A stretch of 64,000 nucleotides of DNA, taken from positions 83,328,001-83,392,000 of the forward strand of contig NC_092344.1 of assembly GCF_963676685.1 (NCBI RefSeq). Direction: 5' to 3'. This document shows, in pieces, positions 25,901 through 38,099 of the stretch. The stretch is from Mytilus edulis (lineage: Eukaryota). The notes beneath the pieces are model-generated. The model saw nothing but the letters and a program-made list of their open reading frames with translations, was not told where the DNA came from and ran no database searches. Numbering within the stretch: the stretch's first letter is position 1; every line of letters starts with the position of its first letter. The position numbers were made by a program, and so were the translations under genes.

Positions 25901-28276
25901 TTTATTAAGATATTTGTGAGATGTTCATATACATTTTTTGGTCGATTGGAAATGTATTTTGGTAATAATGCCAGTTTATTTAGTTTGTTGACATCTTCAT
26001 TTTTTAACGCATATGTAGCATGTGTCATATTTGTCATTTTAAATGGCTTAGTTGACCCCTTCCTAGGCCAAACTATTGTATTCTTTATGTCACAACGCCC
26101 ATCCGGTAACACAAATAATTGTGTATGGTGGAAGTTGTTGGAAATAGCTAGATTTTGGATAATTGTATCATGCTTGTACATCTTAAAGTAACTTTTAAAC
26201 AGTCGGTTCTTTGATTCTAGAGGTTGGTCAAAAGTAAAAGCATGGTTCTTTATAGCTAATGTCATAAAGTACAAGCCCCATTTATGCAACAACAAAAAAG
26301 AACATAAGATCGAAAGTCCAATTATTCAAATATAGCAGTTATATATTAGTTATCTAAAAAAAAGTATATTGTTACAATTAGCATTGTGTGGTACAAAAAG
26401 GTTCTTGAAGTTATAGCTCATACTTCCAAGATTTGTCATCATACATTTTCTAAGTTCAAAATTACGGTATAAAACAAACGTGATGAATTCGAACAAGAAA
26501 CTCTTTGTTCTCAAAATTCAATTGGAAATCAACGCTTTCAACATTCTGTATTGATTTAATTATCAAACAATAGAATTGGTACCGTTGCTGTTTTTAAACT
26601 TTATTGACATTGACGATTTTTTGAAAAGGTACGACATATTTCCCCTGTATTTGTTTAACTTTTAAGGTCAAGATATAAAGGTATTCATGGAAAGATTAAA
26701 TGTTATTCAACACGTTACATGTTGCTGTTGAAGGCTTTTTGATACAAAATTGCAAAATCTAACTGTTTTTGTAAAAAAATTCATTTAAAGACCTCGCTAA
26801 CTTACATGAATTACTAGTAATTTGCATTCCGAAACCATAGTTTACCTCAAAAAGAATTGTGTTTTTGGTTAACGATGTTATATCTGTATTTAGTTTCGGA
26901 TAAACACTCAAAATATCAAAAAGTATGTTTTATACTATTTTGTTGTATTCGTTATCAAGTGATCTGTTTAAAATGAGCCATGATTTTGTCAAAACCTGAG
27001 GGTAAACACATTATGATATGACACTGGGAAGTGAGCGATAAAAGTCGCAAATGTTTTTTTTTCAAATTTTGATTCACTTGGCAAACTCATCGTGTACGTT
27101 TGTATTTAAGTAAGTTTTAGTTTATGATAATTAATCATGCATTTTATCCATTTGAGTACTTCCCGAATGTTATTAATAAGTCCTACGTAAAATTACAAGA
27201 GAGATCTACTTTTCTTCTTCTTTTTTTAGAAAATATACTTTTATGCAAGATTTAAATTTAACCATGATATATTGACTTTCAGGATTTTCCAGAGTCTATA
27301 ATTAAGTACTGGTATTTTTCATTATAGGATTTAAAAAAAATCGTTAATGCCCGCGTCACACTGTCCCGATTTTTATATACGATGGACACCCGAATGCGAA
27401 AATTGTAAGTTCGTACGAAGTTGGTCCCGATCTCGTTAAAATACCAAAAAGTGACCGAAGAAAGTACGATGAATAACGAAGTCTATACGATGGTGCCGAA
27501 ATTATATACGATAGCAAAAGATGGACATACGAAGGTTAACCGAAGACGGGTAATTAAGCTTCATATCTCAGCCGCAGCCTTCACGGTGGATCACGAAGGC
27601 TACACGATGGATTACGAAGGCTACACGATGGACTACGATGATGGCGCGATGGCCATACGATGTCTAAAAGATACGAACAGAATTTCGACAACATATCGTT
27701 TCTGTACAAGTCTGCCATGCATGGCGGGAAATCGATCTTTTTGTCTAATTCTTATAAAACTTAGTTTATTATCCCCTCGCCTACTACATGTAAGTTGCGT
27801 GTATATAAAATTGTTATTGACACTCTAGACCCAAAATGCTCAAAACTTGGTATGGTGTTACTCGTTAAGAATATCTTAAGCGCTATTGACTTCAAAGTTC
27901 AAAGGTCGAGGTGACAGTGGCAGTTGTAATACAAGGCAATATCACCCTTGTGGACACTCTAAAACCAATATGCTTCAAAACATTTTAACCACATTTGGTA
28001 TATTATTCCTCCTTGTAATGATCTGACATTTTGACCAAGGCCAAAGGTCAAGGTCATGCAGATGGACTTGTTTTTTCTCCTTGAAATAGCATAATACACA
28101 GGAATTGGTTGCCCATTTTTTATCTGCTGGTTCTAAAGACAATATTAAAGGTATTTCCAGTTACTGAATGTTTTGGTTGATTTCTAGAAAAATAGTTTAT
28201 GTATCAAATATGCATATTCAATGGGCGCACTACGTTTGCGCGCATTTGGGGATTAAAATGTTTTACGTTCGCGCGC

Positions 28277-29630
28277 AGCTTTTGATTACATTTGCGCGCA
28301 TTCATTTTACAGGTAAACTCAGGTAAAAATATAAATAAAAAATTAAATCAATTATAATTGACTATATTTTTTTTAATTTTCATAATAAATATGACTATCA
28401 ATTATTAATTTGGAAAATATTTCTTAATTCAAATTATATATTTTCATATTAAATTCGAAAACAAATTATAAAGTGATCATTATAAACTCGTATAGCTTAA
28501 GATATACATCTAACTTCATTGCGAATATTTCAGAGTGAAAAGTGTTTCAACGAATAGTGATCGTTTTTAAAATTAGTAAATAATTTAAGTTAGTTTGTAA
28601 AGTTACACCAAGGCACTAACATGGAGTTTCGGCATGTATGCCGACATGTAAAGAAATGAATTTAACAATACTTTAACCTTTACGATTAGGTATGTTTTAG
28701 CATTTTAGAATTTTTATCTTTATATTTTTCTAGAATTTAGTGCTTGTGCATAATAAAACGGACTTATCTTTCTCGAAATCCGACTTTAACCTCATCGTTG
28801 GTGAGCTGGGGACTAACACTAACGGAATGAGAACTTATACTTGTTAAAGGGGCACTAGCTGTCAAATTCATTGTAACCGATTTGACTCAAATTCTCATAT
28901 TTGGTTTATAACAATGTAAAACATTTATCCAAACTATCAAAAGTCTAAAATAAACAGTTTACAGAGCATGGGGTAGATAATATATAGGTTCGTTTCGTGT
29001 GTATTTTAGTCCAGACGCCATCTCATTAACTATCGATTTGACCTCAGATGACCATATAAGCGATGTAAACAAAAATAAAGATACGAATAGATTAAACCAA
29101 CACGTGCAATTGCATTTTTATAGGTCTGTTTGATTTTATTTTATAGATTAAAAATAGATGTTTCTCATTGTTTTTAACCATATAAGAATGATTTTATGTG
29201 CATCGAATTAGTAATCAAATGATTTACCGTAGTTTCACTTTCATTGTTGACATTCTTTTTCTTTAAATAACCAGTACACGTACAATGCATGCGTTGTCAA
29301 TCTCTAGCTAGGGGTTAACTTGAAGTTCACATGAATACCGGTTAGAATGATGATGACGTTTTCACTTGCAAGTGAATCAGTCAAAAATTATGTTTAATCG
29401 CTTATTTCAACAAAATGAAAGGAAATTGATTGCTAAAAGCAAATTATTATTTCATTATTCCAATTTGATTAATGATTGATCTAAAAAAAAAAATCATACT
29501 TTATTTTTTTATATATATCGTAGCTAGTGCCCCTTTAATAATTGACCAAATTATAATCAAATAAGTATTATTACCTGTATTTTACCTGAGTTTACCTGTC
29601 AAAAAAATGCGCGCAATTGTAATCAAAAGC
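28277..29630. mobile_element. MITE-like element with about 54-bp inverted repeats, nested in the outer Harbinger
   Basis: gcttttgattacatttgcgcgcattcattttacaggtaaactcaggtaaaa (28277-28330) is inverted at 29578-29630. True termini are uncertain. Confidence 0.6.
28848..29534. mobile_element. Kolobok-type non-autonomous element or solo LTDR (687 bp)
   Basis: Perfect 13-bp TIR aggggcactagct / agctagtgcccct with an exact TTAA duplication (28844-28847 and 29535-29538). Confidence 0.85.
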
Positions 29631-31032
29631 TTTTTACCATTTTCTGCATGTGTATATACAAATATAGTGTCCATATTTGTCCCCAATATGTTACATACGA
29701 GGGGATGCCACGCTCGGCATTGCCTTGTTTGAACTGTAAAATGTGTGCACTAGTCTGAATAACCACCCATAATTATGCCCATGTTTACTGATCTATCTTA
29801 AAGGTAAGGTAATGGGTTCGTTGATCCCTTTTATTCAAAAAGAGCTCTTTCCAGGAGAATATCATAATAATATAGACAAAAGGAAGGATGTGGGGAAAGC
29901 AACAAATGCGGCAAAATATGACATATAGAAAACAAAATGTTTATGGAGTAAACATTCGTGGGACAACAACTCAGACGATACATAAAAAATCAGAATAATG
30001 AAGAAAAAGTTGGTTTCCCTATACGTGTACCTGCAGTGTTGGTATACGAGGCGCGTTTATGATTTTTATTATGTTATTTGATATGAAAAATTGACAAAAA
30101 ATAATATTTTATTTGTAAAAGTAAATCCTGAGCCTGTAATACCTGCTCTTTTTGTTCCATTTGAATTAATAGAAACAACGCTGTCGCCTTTCTTGTTCTC
30201 ATAGAATCATATGATATGAGGTCCATGTTTTGTGAACGTCTTTCTTAACTGTCGTATTAGACTGACCAGTGCATATCGAGCATGGCATTTTAAATGGATT
30301 TAAGCGCGAAAATTAACTTACATTTAGCTGGATTTATTGCCGTCGTAGTTCCATCTTGTCACCTTCGTACTTTTATTCGATGGCATCACGACGGGATTAC
30401 GAGGTCTTCACGAAGTTGTGTTGCCATCGTAAAACCTTCGGTTAGCTTCGTGATTCATTCGTGTAGACATCGTAATGTCAAAACTGCCCGAAGGAAACGA
30501 TGGAAACACGAATGCAATACGATGTTCAAAGATGCATTCCCGGTGACATTACGATGGTGAGGATGGTGATACGAACTCAATACGAACCATAATACCCCCT
30601 TCACATACACGAATGTTTCTTACGAATGCTAACGAATCACCAAAATTTACAAGATTCGTTAAACTTTAACGAATCTTTTGCGAATAAACCACTTTTACGA
30701 GTGATTTGCGAGTGCTTTACGATTGGTTACGATTTACTAAGAATGAATGCGATGCTTTTACGATAACAGTAGACGATTCATTGCGAATAGATACGAGCAA
30801 TTAACGAATGCATACGAGTGTTTTGCGAGCACAATACGAATGGTAACGATCTGATCCAAGTTTTTACGATTGGTTAACGAATAGTTTACGATAGCCCACG
30901 AACATTTGCGATTGAGTTACGAGTGTTTTACGAATGTTTATTTTTTTTGCAATGGGAAATGCATGCACTCATATAGATAGTAGGCCATACAGTCTCATTT
31001 ATTATCCATGTAAACATTCGGAGTAACAAGAC

Positions 31033-32778
31033 ATGTCTTACGAGAGAAATAAATTATTACTCTTCCATAACTTCCTTCGACTTCTTCTTCCACTGGCACA
31101 GAGGGCAGAGGAAGAAAATCAACAACTGTTTCCTCTTTGTTTTAGGAGGAGGAGGAGGCGGACTCAACGTAGATTTTGGTGCAGGCCATGGCTCATCAGA
31201 AGAACTTTGTTTGGACAATATGACCAACTCCTGCATGAGCTTAACCGGGAAGATGCGTCTGGTTACAGAAACTTTTTAAGAGTTGATGCCGACTTGTTTG
31301 GGGAGATACTTGACAGAATTACCCCTGCAATCAGAAAAAGCTCTACCTCTTTCAGGTAAGTACTTCAATTTTCAAGCAAAATAAAACAGAAATGTACATT
31401 AAGAATAATAGTTAGTTTTATTTTGTATGCTGACTATATCATATGAATATCCGACGGTGCCGAAGGACGAGGCTTGGATTTTCCGCATGATATAGTCAGT
31501 TTAGAAAACCATACTAACTGTTTTTTCAGAAATTCATATCTAAGTAAAAAGGTCAGCAAAACAATCTTTTAAAAAATTTTCCTTAAGCACTTTGCTTCTA
31601 AATAATTCAATTTAATACAAAGTGAACAAAGTACGTGTTAGTAACGCCCCAAATAACGTTCGTATTCATATGGAAGTGGGTATATTAAACTGTCTTGTCT
31701 TTTGTTATTCTAATGTATGACACATTTCCAGTTTACCTTTTATGCGACAAAAAATATTCTTTTAATTGCATTGTAAGTTTAGATAAATATTTCTCGTTAC
31801 AGGGAACCACTTGAACCAGGACTGAAGTTAGCCGTTACACTCAGACATTTGGCTACCGGTTCCACGTATGCTGATCTTATGTATGCCTTTCGTGTTGCCC
31901 GGAACTCCATATCACTCTTTGTGCCTAAAGTCTGCGAAGCAATTTACTTAGCATACAAAGATGAAGTCATGCCGGATGAGATTACGACGGAAGATTGGAT
32001 GCGTATAGCATCTGACTTTGAAAGAATATGGAACCTCCCACACGCTTGTGGTGCTTTGGATGGGAAGCACATTAGAATAAGAAAACCGCCTAACTCGGGG
32101 TCGTTATTTTTTAACTACAAACATTTCTTCTCTACAGTGATGATGGCTCTAGTTGATGCAGATTATAAGTTTATTTGGCTGAGTGTGGGCTCATACGGAA
32201 GTGCATCTGATAGCCAGATATTTAGGGACTCGGAACTACGACCAATGTTAGAAGATGGAACTTTGGATCTTCCGCCTCCCTCCCCTCTTCCAAATGGTGA
32301 AACAGATATTCCTTATTTTCTTATTGGCGATGACGCATTTCCTCTCCGATCATGGATGATGAAACCCTATTCAAGAAAACGTTTAGACCACGATGAGCGC
32401 ATCTTTAACTATAGGTTGTCCCGTGCACGTAGAATTGTGGAGAATGCTTTTGGCATTCTTGCCATGAGATTTCAGATTTTGATTGGAACTATGCAACAAC
32501 TGCCAGAAACAGTAGATTTAATCGTACTGTCTTGTACTACTCGTCATAACTTACTTCGGATAAGGAAACGTGCTGATCTACAACTGTTTGCTGACGAAGA
32601 AGACAACAATCATAATTTAATAGAGGGACAATGGCGACAAGGTGCGCAACTTACCGACGGAGACCCAGGGTATCAGAGAAATTTTGGTAACGCTGCTGGA
32701 ATTGATCAAAGGAACTATCTTAAAAATTACTTCAACTCGGAAGCAGGCGCCGTAGATTGGCAAGAGAACATGATTTGA
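31033..32778 (+). CDS. Harbinger DDE transposase (HARBI1-like), two exons 31033-31355 and 31803-32778, 432 aa
   Basis: The GT-AG intron joins in frame to give SFREPLEPGLKLAVTLRHLATG. Catalytic-type motifs GALDGKH, IGDDAF and RRIVENAFG are present, with no stops in the spliced frame. Confidence 0.92.
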
Positions 32779-33620
32779 CTGGTTCAGAAACATTGATTGT
32801 TTTGAATGCATCAGTATTGTGTTAATTGATGTAATGTTTAAAAATAAAAATTTAGATATAGATAGGACTATAAAAAATCTCAGAATGAGGTTCTATCATA
32901 ATGAATAATTCACTCCAACTTTGTTTGACATACACTTTATAATACAAATTTGTTGCAATACTAGTACTTGGAATGGTATTTAAGGGATAGAATATGAGTG
33001 AAGACGGGGAATGTGTCAAAGAGGCAACGACCCAACACGCGCAAAAAAGAATAGGTTGAGTTTAAACACAAACTTTGATAAGCATCAATAAATGAGTTTC
33101 AGAATGATTTTGACATTTAAGCTAAACGACGGTTGTCACACTTGAAGCAGGAGCTGCTAACCCTTCCAGGGTACTTGAGTTCACCACATTTTGTTTTTGT
33201 TTGGGGTCCATGTTGCTTTGTTTTTAGTTTTTGTTATGTTGTTATTTGTGTTGCCTGTTGTGTATTTGCCATGGCATTGTCTTCTTTGTGGTTTATGATT
33301 ATTGATTGCTCCTTAGTGTGTTCGAATTTGATTTACAACTAAATGTACATTGAAAAGGGCACAGGCGCCAAGTAATGGCAAAAGATTCCGTTTGCATATT
33401 ACACTTTTCAGCGATGTCATTTTTTATTGGTTTTGTTTGAAAATTTTGGTTCCTAAAATAAACAACATAAACAAATGTGGATTAACCTATTTCTTTTCAT
33501 TCTCAAAAAAAGCTACAAATTTTCTACAATCTACAAATAGTTATACATTTAAAGGTTCTCTATTCAAGATTTTCCTAAATCTTTTCTAAATGAAAATAAA
33601 CAGTCATTCACGTCGAAGAT

Positions 33621-33815
33621 CTATATGAAAGGTGTTTCTGGGTTTATTGTCTCATAAGCATCCGTCAGTACTGATGTTGTATCTGTCGCAGTTGATTCAA
33701 TAGCACTTGGTGTCTGACTTGTAGTGTGAGTTGAGTATACTGTCTGTTGCTGTTGACCCATTAAGATAGGTTGCAAGTTAGTCGGTTGCAGTTCTGCCCA
33801 TTGGTATCGACCATA
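33621..33815 (-). pseudogene. Probable C-terminal remnant of the second (Myb/SANT-type) Harbinger ORF
   Basis: About 64 open codons without an initiating ATG (YGRYQWAELQPTNLQPILMGQQQQTVYSTHTTSQTPS...PETPFI*), Q/T/S-rich, convergent with the transposase and abutting the right subterminal repeats. Confidence 0.4.
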
Positions 33816-35004
33816 TCATTTGTTAAATATTCCTATTTGTAAAACATTCGCAAAGCACTCGCAAAGCAGTCGCAAAGTATTCGTATACATTCGTAAAGCA
33901 ATCGGATATATTCGTAAAGCACTCGCGTGAATTCGTATCAATTCGTTAATCCATCGCAAAGCGATCGTAAACTGCTCGCAACTATTCGTAAATGAATCGT
34001 TAAACATTCTTAAATCAAACTGTTCACGATTTCTTGCGAATGATTTACGAGTTGTTGCGATCGGTTAACGATGCATTAACGAATTGTTGCGAGTGATTTG
34101 CGAGCTCTTTACGAATGAAATGATTCGTGGACATTCGTGTAAAATTTTTGGCATGTCCAAAAATTTCCAAATAGTTTTACGAATCGATACGATTGTCTGC
34201 GAATGTCTACGATTTGTTTAAGAGTGGTTTACGATTGCTTGCGAGTGATTTACGATTGCTTGCGAGTGGTTTACGATTGCTTGCGAATGCTTGCATTTGA
34301 TAAAACAAACAACATTCGTAAGGAATCGTAAGACACATTCGTGTATGTGAAGGGGGTATAAACATCGGACGCACCTTCGGGGATTTTTTAACATGTTAAA
34401 AAATTTAGAACCCTTCCTGAAGTTGTCCCCGAAGGCTAGAAAAAGTGGCCGATGGTTCTACGATGGTTAAAGATGACACTACGAATAGCCCGATCTGGAT
34501 ACGATCAGTCCCGATTTTGAAAATTTCCATAATCGTGTTGCCATCGGCGTAAAAATCGGGACAGTGTGACGCGGGCATAAGAGGCTGCAATACATATTAA
34601 CTTGTCCTCCATAAGAAATTTCGTTTTGGTTAGCGGTGTCCTAATATATTTTTGTAATAGATACTAATAAAAATCAGATATCTGTCAATTTTTTTCGGAC
34701 GTTTATTATGAGGGATCTACTTAGAGATGAGCCATTATATTGTTTAAATACAAATACAAATTATTCAGCTACGGTACTGTGATTTGAAGTAAAGATTTTA
34801 AACTTTTCTACATAAGAAAATGCCTGTAACAAGTAAGAAATATGACAGTTGTGGTACATTCGTCTGATGTGTTTGAGCTTTCGATTTTGTCATTTGGTTA
34901 GGGCATTTCCATGTTTAATTTTCTTCAGAGTTCATTATTTTTGTGATTTTACTTTTCTTTTGAGATGGCCATGGTGTGAAAATCAATGTATGACAGAGAT
35001 ATAA

Positions 35005-35460
35005 ATAAACTCATCATAGATATAAGGATTAAATTTTGTAACTACGCCAGACGCGCGTTTCGTCTACAAAAGACTAATCAGGGACGCTCGAATAAAAGAA
35101 AAGTTATTAAAGCCAAAAAAAATAAAAAGCTGAAGAGCTTTGAGGACCAAAATTCCTAAAAGTTTTGCCATTACAGCTAAGGTAATATATTTCGGCGGTA
35201 GAAAAGCCGGAGTATTTCAAAAATTCAAAAGTTTAGTAAACAGTTAATTTATAAATATGACCATATCAATGATAATTTATGTCAGCAATTGCTGACTACT
35301 TGGCTAGAGATACCCTCATTCAATTAAAACTCCATCAGCGGTAATATCGACCCAGTAGTTGTAAATGAACTTATAACTAGTGCGCGTGTTTTCTACATAA
35401 GACAACATCACAAGACTCATCAGTGCATGGCGCTCGAATTGAAATAGTTGAAAAGCCAAA
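35005..35460 (+). repeat. Dispersed repeat family (aataaactcatcatagata...gacgcgcgtttcgtctacaaaagact); relatives at 42125-42180, 58292-58510 and 14070-14280 (-)
   Basis: Near-identical motifs at several loci in the window. Confidence 0.75.
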
Positions 35461-35799
35461 TCAAAAACACAACTAAAGAATCTAAAGAGCATTGAAATAT
35501 TCCCAAATTAACTATACAGAATTCATAAACAGTCCTTCAAACCGTTTGATTCACTTCAAGTTCATCGTGTATTCAAATAACTAAGCATGCAATATTAACC
35601 CCATTACTTTAAAATTCCCATATGCTATTTAAAGGTCATATGGAATATTGGGATCTACTTTTCTTTCTATCATGGTGAAAGTTTTAAATATAGCCATAAT
35701 TTATTAACTCAGATGGATTTTCTGGATTCTATTAATAAAATAAATTAAAATAATTGATGGGATTCTACTTTCTCTTTGAAGAAAATCCTTAAATATCTG

Positions 35800-35857
35800 T
35801 ATAAATAACGTATGTGTTAAACACTTAGAGGTCATTCAAGGCGTTGCTTTATCAAAG
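35800..35857 (+). promoter_or_regulatory. Candidate core promoter and short non-coding first exon of the third GIMAP gene
   Basis: TATAAATA at 35800, Inr-like TCATTC at 35832 and donor AAG|GTATAG at 35857/35858; matching acceptor tttcag at 36670. Confidence 0.4.
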
Positions 35858-36677
35858 GTATAGTGCATCTTTAAATTATTCATTGAAACTAACTTTCATT
35901 TTTATATATTTAATTAAACTATATAACATCTCATGAAGTAGCATGTAAAAACACACACACACACACACGCATGAATATATTTCGACTCTTCAAAATTCAA
36001 GAGTTTATCCTAAACATGCTAAATGGAGGTAATGTATATGGCTTTCCTAATGCCGTTTCGATTCCGAACATACATCAAGAGACATTTATTGTACAAATCC
36101 GGATATGGTGTACCAATATTTGCACCTTTTGTTTGTGGTAAACCATTTTTTCCGCAAGTTTATTATTTTCTGTTTGGTAATAAATTGATAATTAGGATCC
36201 ATTTTGTTACATTTGGTTTTCTGTTTATTTGGCACCAGCAATGTCAGTAAGCAGTGTTTAAGAACATCTGTTGTTTGACCTGCTAGTCAATGGTATTTGG
36301 AACTATGCCTTTTTTTCTCACTTTTTTTTTCTCATCGAGACAACACTGCCTAGACCACTCATATACATGCATTGAATCACAGCAATTTGCAAAAAAAAAA
36401 AATAACGTCCTTCCAGTAATGTAATACTTAAAAGGGTAAATGGAAACCCAAAACATACAGAACAGTACAGCAAATCACACTGACTCCTGCGAAATAACTG
36501 ACATACTAACAAATACAAACTGCTAACAAAAACATGATTTAGATAGCCTGACTCTATTGATAAAGACTCATACTCTGGGAGGGATAGCTTTACATACGAA
36601 TGTAAAACGATTTTACGTCTTCAGATTTTAACAATCTTAAGTGCTATTAATCTTCCTTTTTTAATTTCAGAGAAGTA

Positions 36678-37562
36678 ATGGCAGAAGCTCCAGAAAACGA
36701 ATTACGAATGGTCCTGATTGGGAAAACTGGAAATGGTAAAAGTAAGACTGGTAACACAATTTTAGGGCAAAAGATATTTCCTTTTGGAAGCGGTGCGATG
36801 TCCCTGACAACTACTTGTCAACTGAGAAATGCACATAGATTTGGCAAAAAGATTAGCTTGGTAGATACCCCAGGAGTGTTTGACAACAGAAATGAAAACG
36901 AAAATGTTCAACAGGAAATAAAGAAGTGCATCTGGCTTACATGTGAAGGCCCGCATGCAATAATTCTATGCGTTCCCATTGGCCGTTTTACAAATGAAGA
37001 TGTGGAGACTGTAAATCATTTCTGTTCCCATTTTGGTGAAAACTTAACAAAGTATGTTATTGTTTTATTCACGCGATTCGACGATTGGAAACGTGATAGG
37101 ACAGAGAACTCTCTTGATCCAGGTATGGAAGGATTCATTGACTCTCTTACGCCCCCCTTGAGAGAATTTTTAAGTAAATGCGGGAATCGTTTCATTGAGT
37201 TTGACAATACCTTGAAGGAAACCAGCGCCGACAGCCAAGTGCAAAGACTCCTAGGGATGGTTGAAAAAATGGTGAGAGAAAATGGAGGTTCACATTACAC
37301 AAATGAAGATTATCAAAAGGCAGAACTAGAACTGCAAAAACAGATACAGGAGAACAAAAAGGAAAAAGAAAAAGAAATACTGAGAATGCAACAGGAAATG
37401 AGAAAAGAAATAGATGATGACCTAAGAAAACAATATAAAGAAAGAGAACAAAAATTAATGCAAGAAATTCAAAATATCCGAGATGAGACAAAAAAGCAAA
37501 ACTGGTTACAAGGCGTGTTAAATGCAGGGATAAGTTTTGTTAGGTCAATTTTCAGATTTTAA
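36678..37562 (+). CDS. GIMAP/AIG1-family GTPase, 294 aa, amphipathic C-terminus, no CaaX
   Basis: GKTGNGKS, SLT, DTPG, EGPHA, TRFD and FDN motifs. Coiled coil alignable with the 14955-15833 paralogue. Ends NWLQGVLNAGISFVRSIFRF. Confidence 0.93.
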   Translation: MAEAPENELRMVLIGKTGNGKSKTGNTILGQKIFPFGSGAMSLTTTCQLRNAHRFGKKISLVDTPGVFDNRNENENVQQEIKKCIWLTCEGPHAIILCVPIGRFTNEDVETVNHFCSHFGENLTKYVIVLFTRFDDWKRDRTENSLDPGMEGFIDSLTPPLREFLSKCGNRFIEFDNTLKETSADSQVQRLLGMVEKMVRENGGSHYTNEDYQKAELELQKQIQENKKEKEKEILRMQQEMRKEIDDDLRKQYKEREQKLMQEIQNIRDETKKQNWLQGVLNAGISFVRSIFRF

Positions 37563-38099
37563 ATTTTATCTAGATTTATACTCCGGAGTATATACTGTCA
37601 GACACGCTTCGAATGAATAACATTCTACATAGCCTTGCATGAAAGACAACTTTGAATCGACTGTTTTAAATGAAATTGTAATTTAATTCATTTGTCTAAC
37701 ATTTTTTTCGATAGCAAACCTAAAAAAAGTATAAGTGTTTAAGAATCTGTATTGCATTTCACTAGATTACTTGTAAACTAGTATAATTTAATATTTGACT
37801 GTTTAATATATAACTTGAAGAACATGTAAGATTATCAAATAAGTTCATGAAATGAGAGTTCACTGATTAAAATGATATTCATATATTAATGTGTTTACTA
37901 ATGTTTGACTGAATCTTCTATCTCATCTCATTCATTGTCACTTCCATACTATGTCGTCTATCTTACAGCGTATCTCAATTCACCAATATCATGGAGGTTT
38001 CTATTCCTGAAACTGTTATCAAAATATTTATGGATGATTGAACATATTTTTTTCTCCTCATTGTTTGTTATAATATTTGATGAAATCAACCTCCAGGAG

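Larger units (their letters stand above)
30593..34358 (+). mobile_element. PIF/Harbinger DNA transposon (3766 bp) encoding a transposase
   Basis: TIR tacccccttcacatacacgaatgt.tcttacga at both ends. TAA TSD at 30590-30592 and 34359-34361. Long subterminal tacgaat/attcgta repeats. Confidence 0.92.
27348..34577. mobile_element. Outer non-autonomous PIF/Harbinger element carrying nested insertions (7230 bp in total)
   Basis: 28-bp TIR tgcccgcgtcacactgtcccgattttta at both ends. TAA TSD at 27345-27347 and 34578-34580. Subterminal repeats rich in tacga. Confidence 0.85.

Noticed and set aside
27421-30560. ORFs 27421-27828 and 30294-30560 as transposon genes
   Set aside because: They run through subterminal tacga repeats of the outer Harbinger and show no domain signature.
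20690-35790. NF-kB sites upstream of the GIMAP genes (e.g. GGGATTTTCA on the minus strand near 20695)
   Set aside because: Only partial matches, expected by chance in AT-rich DNA.
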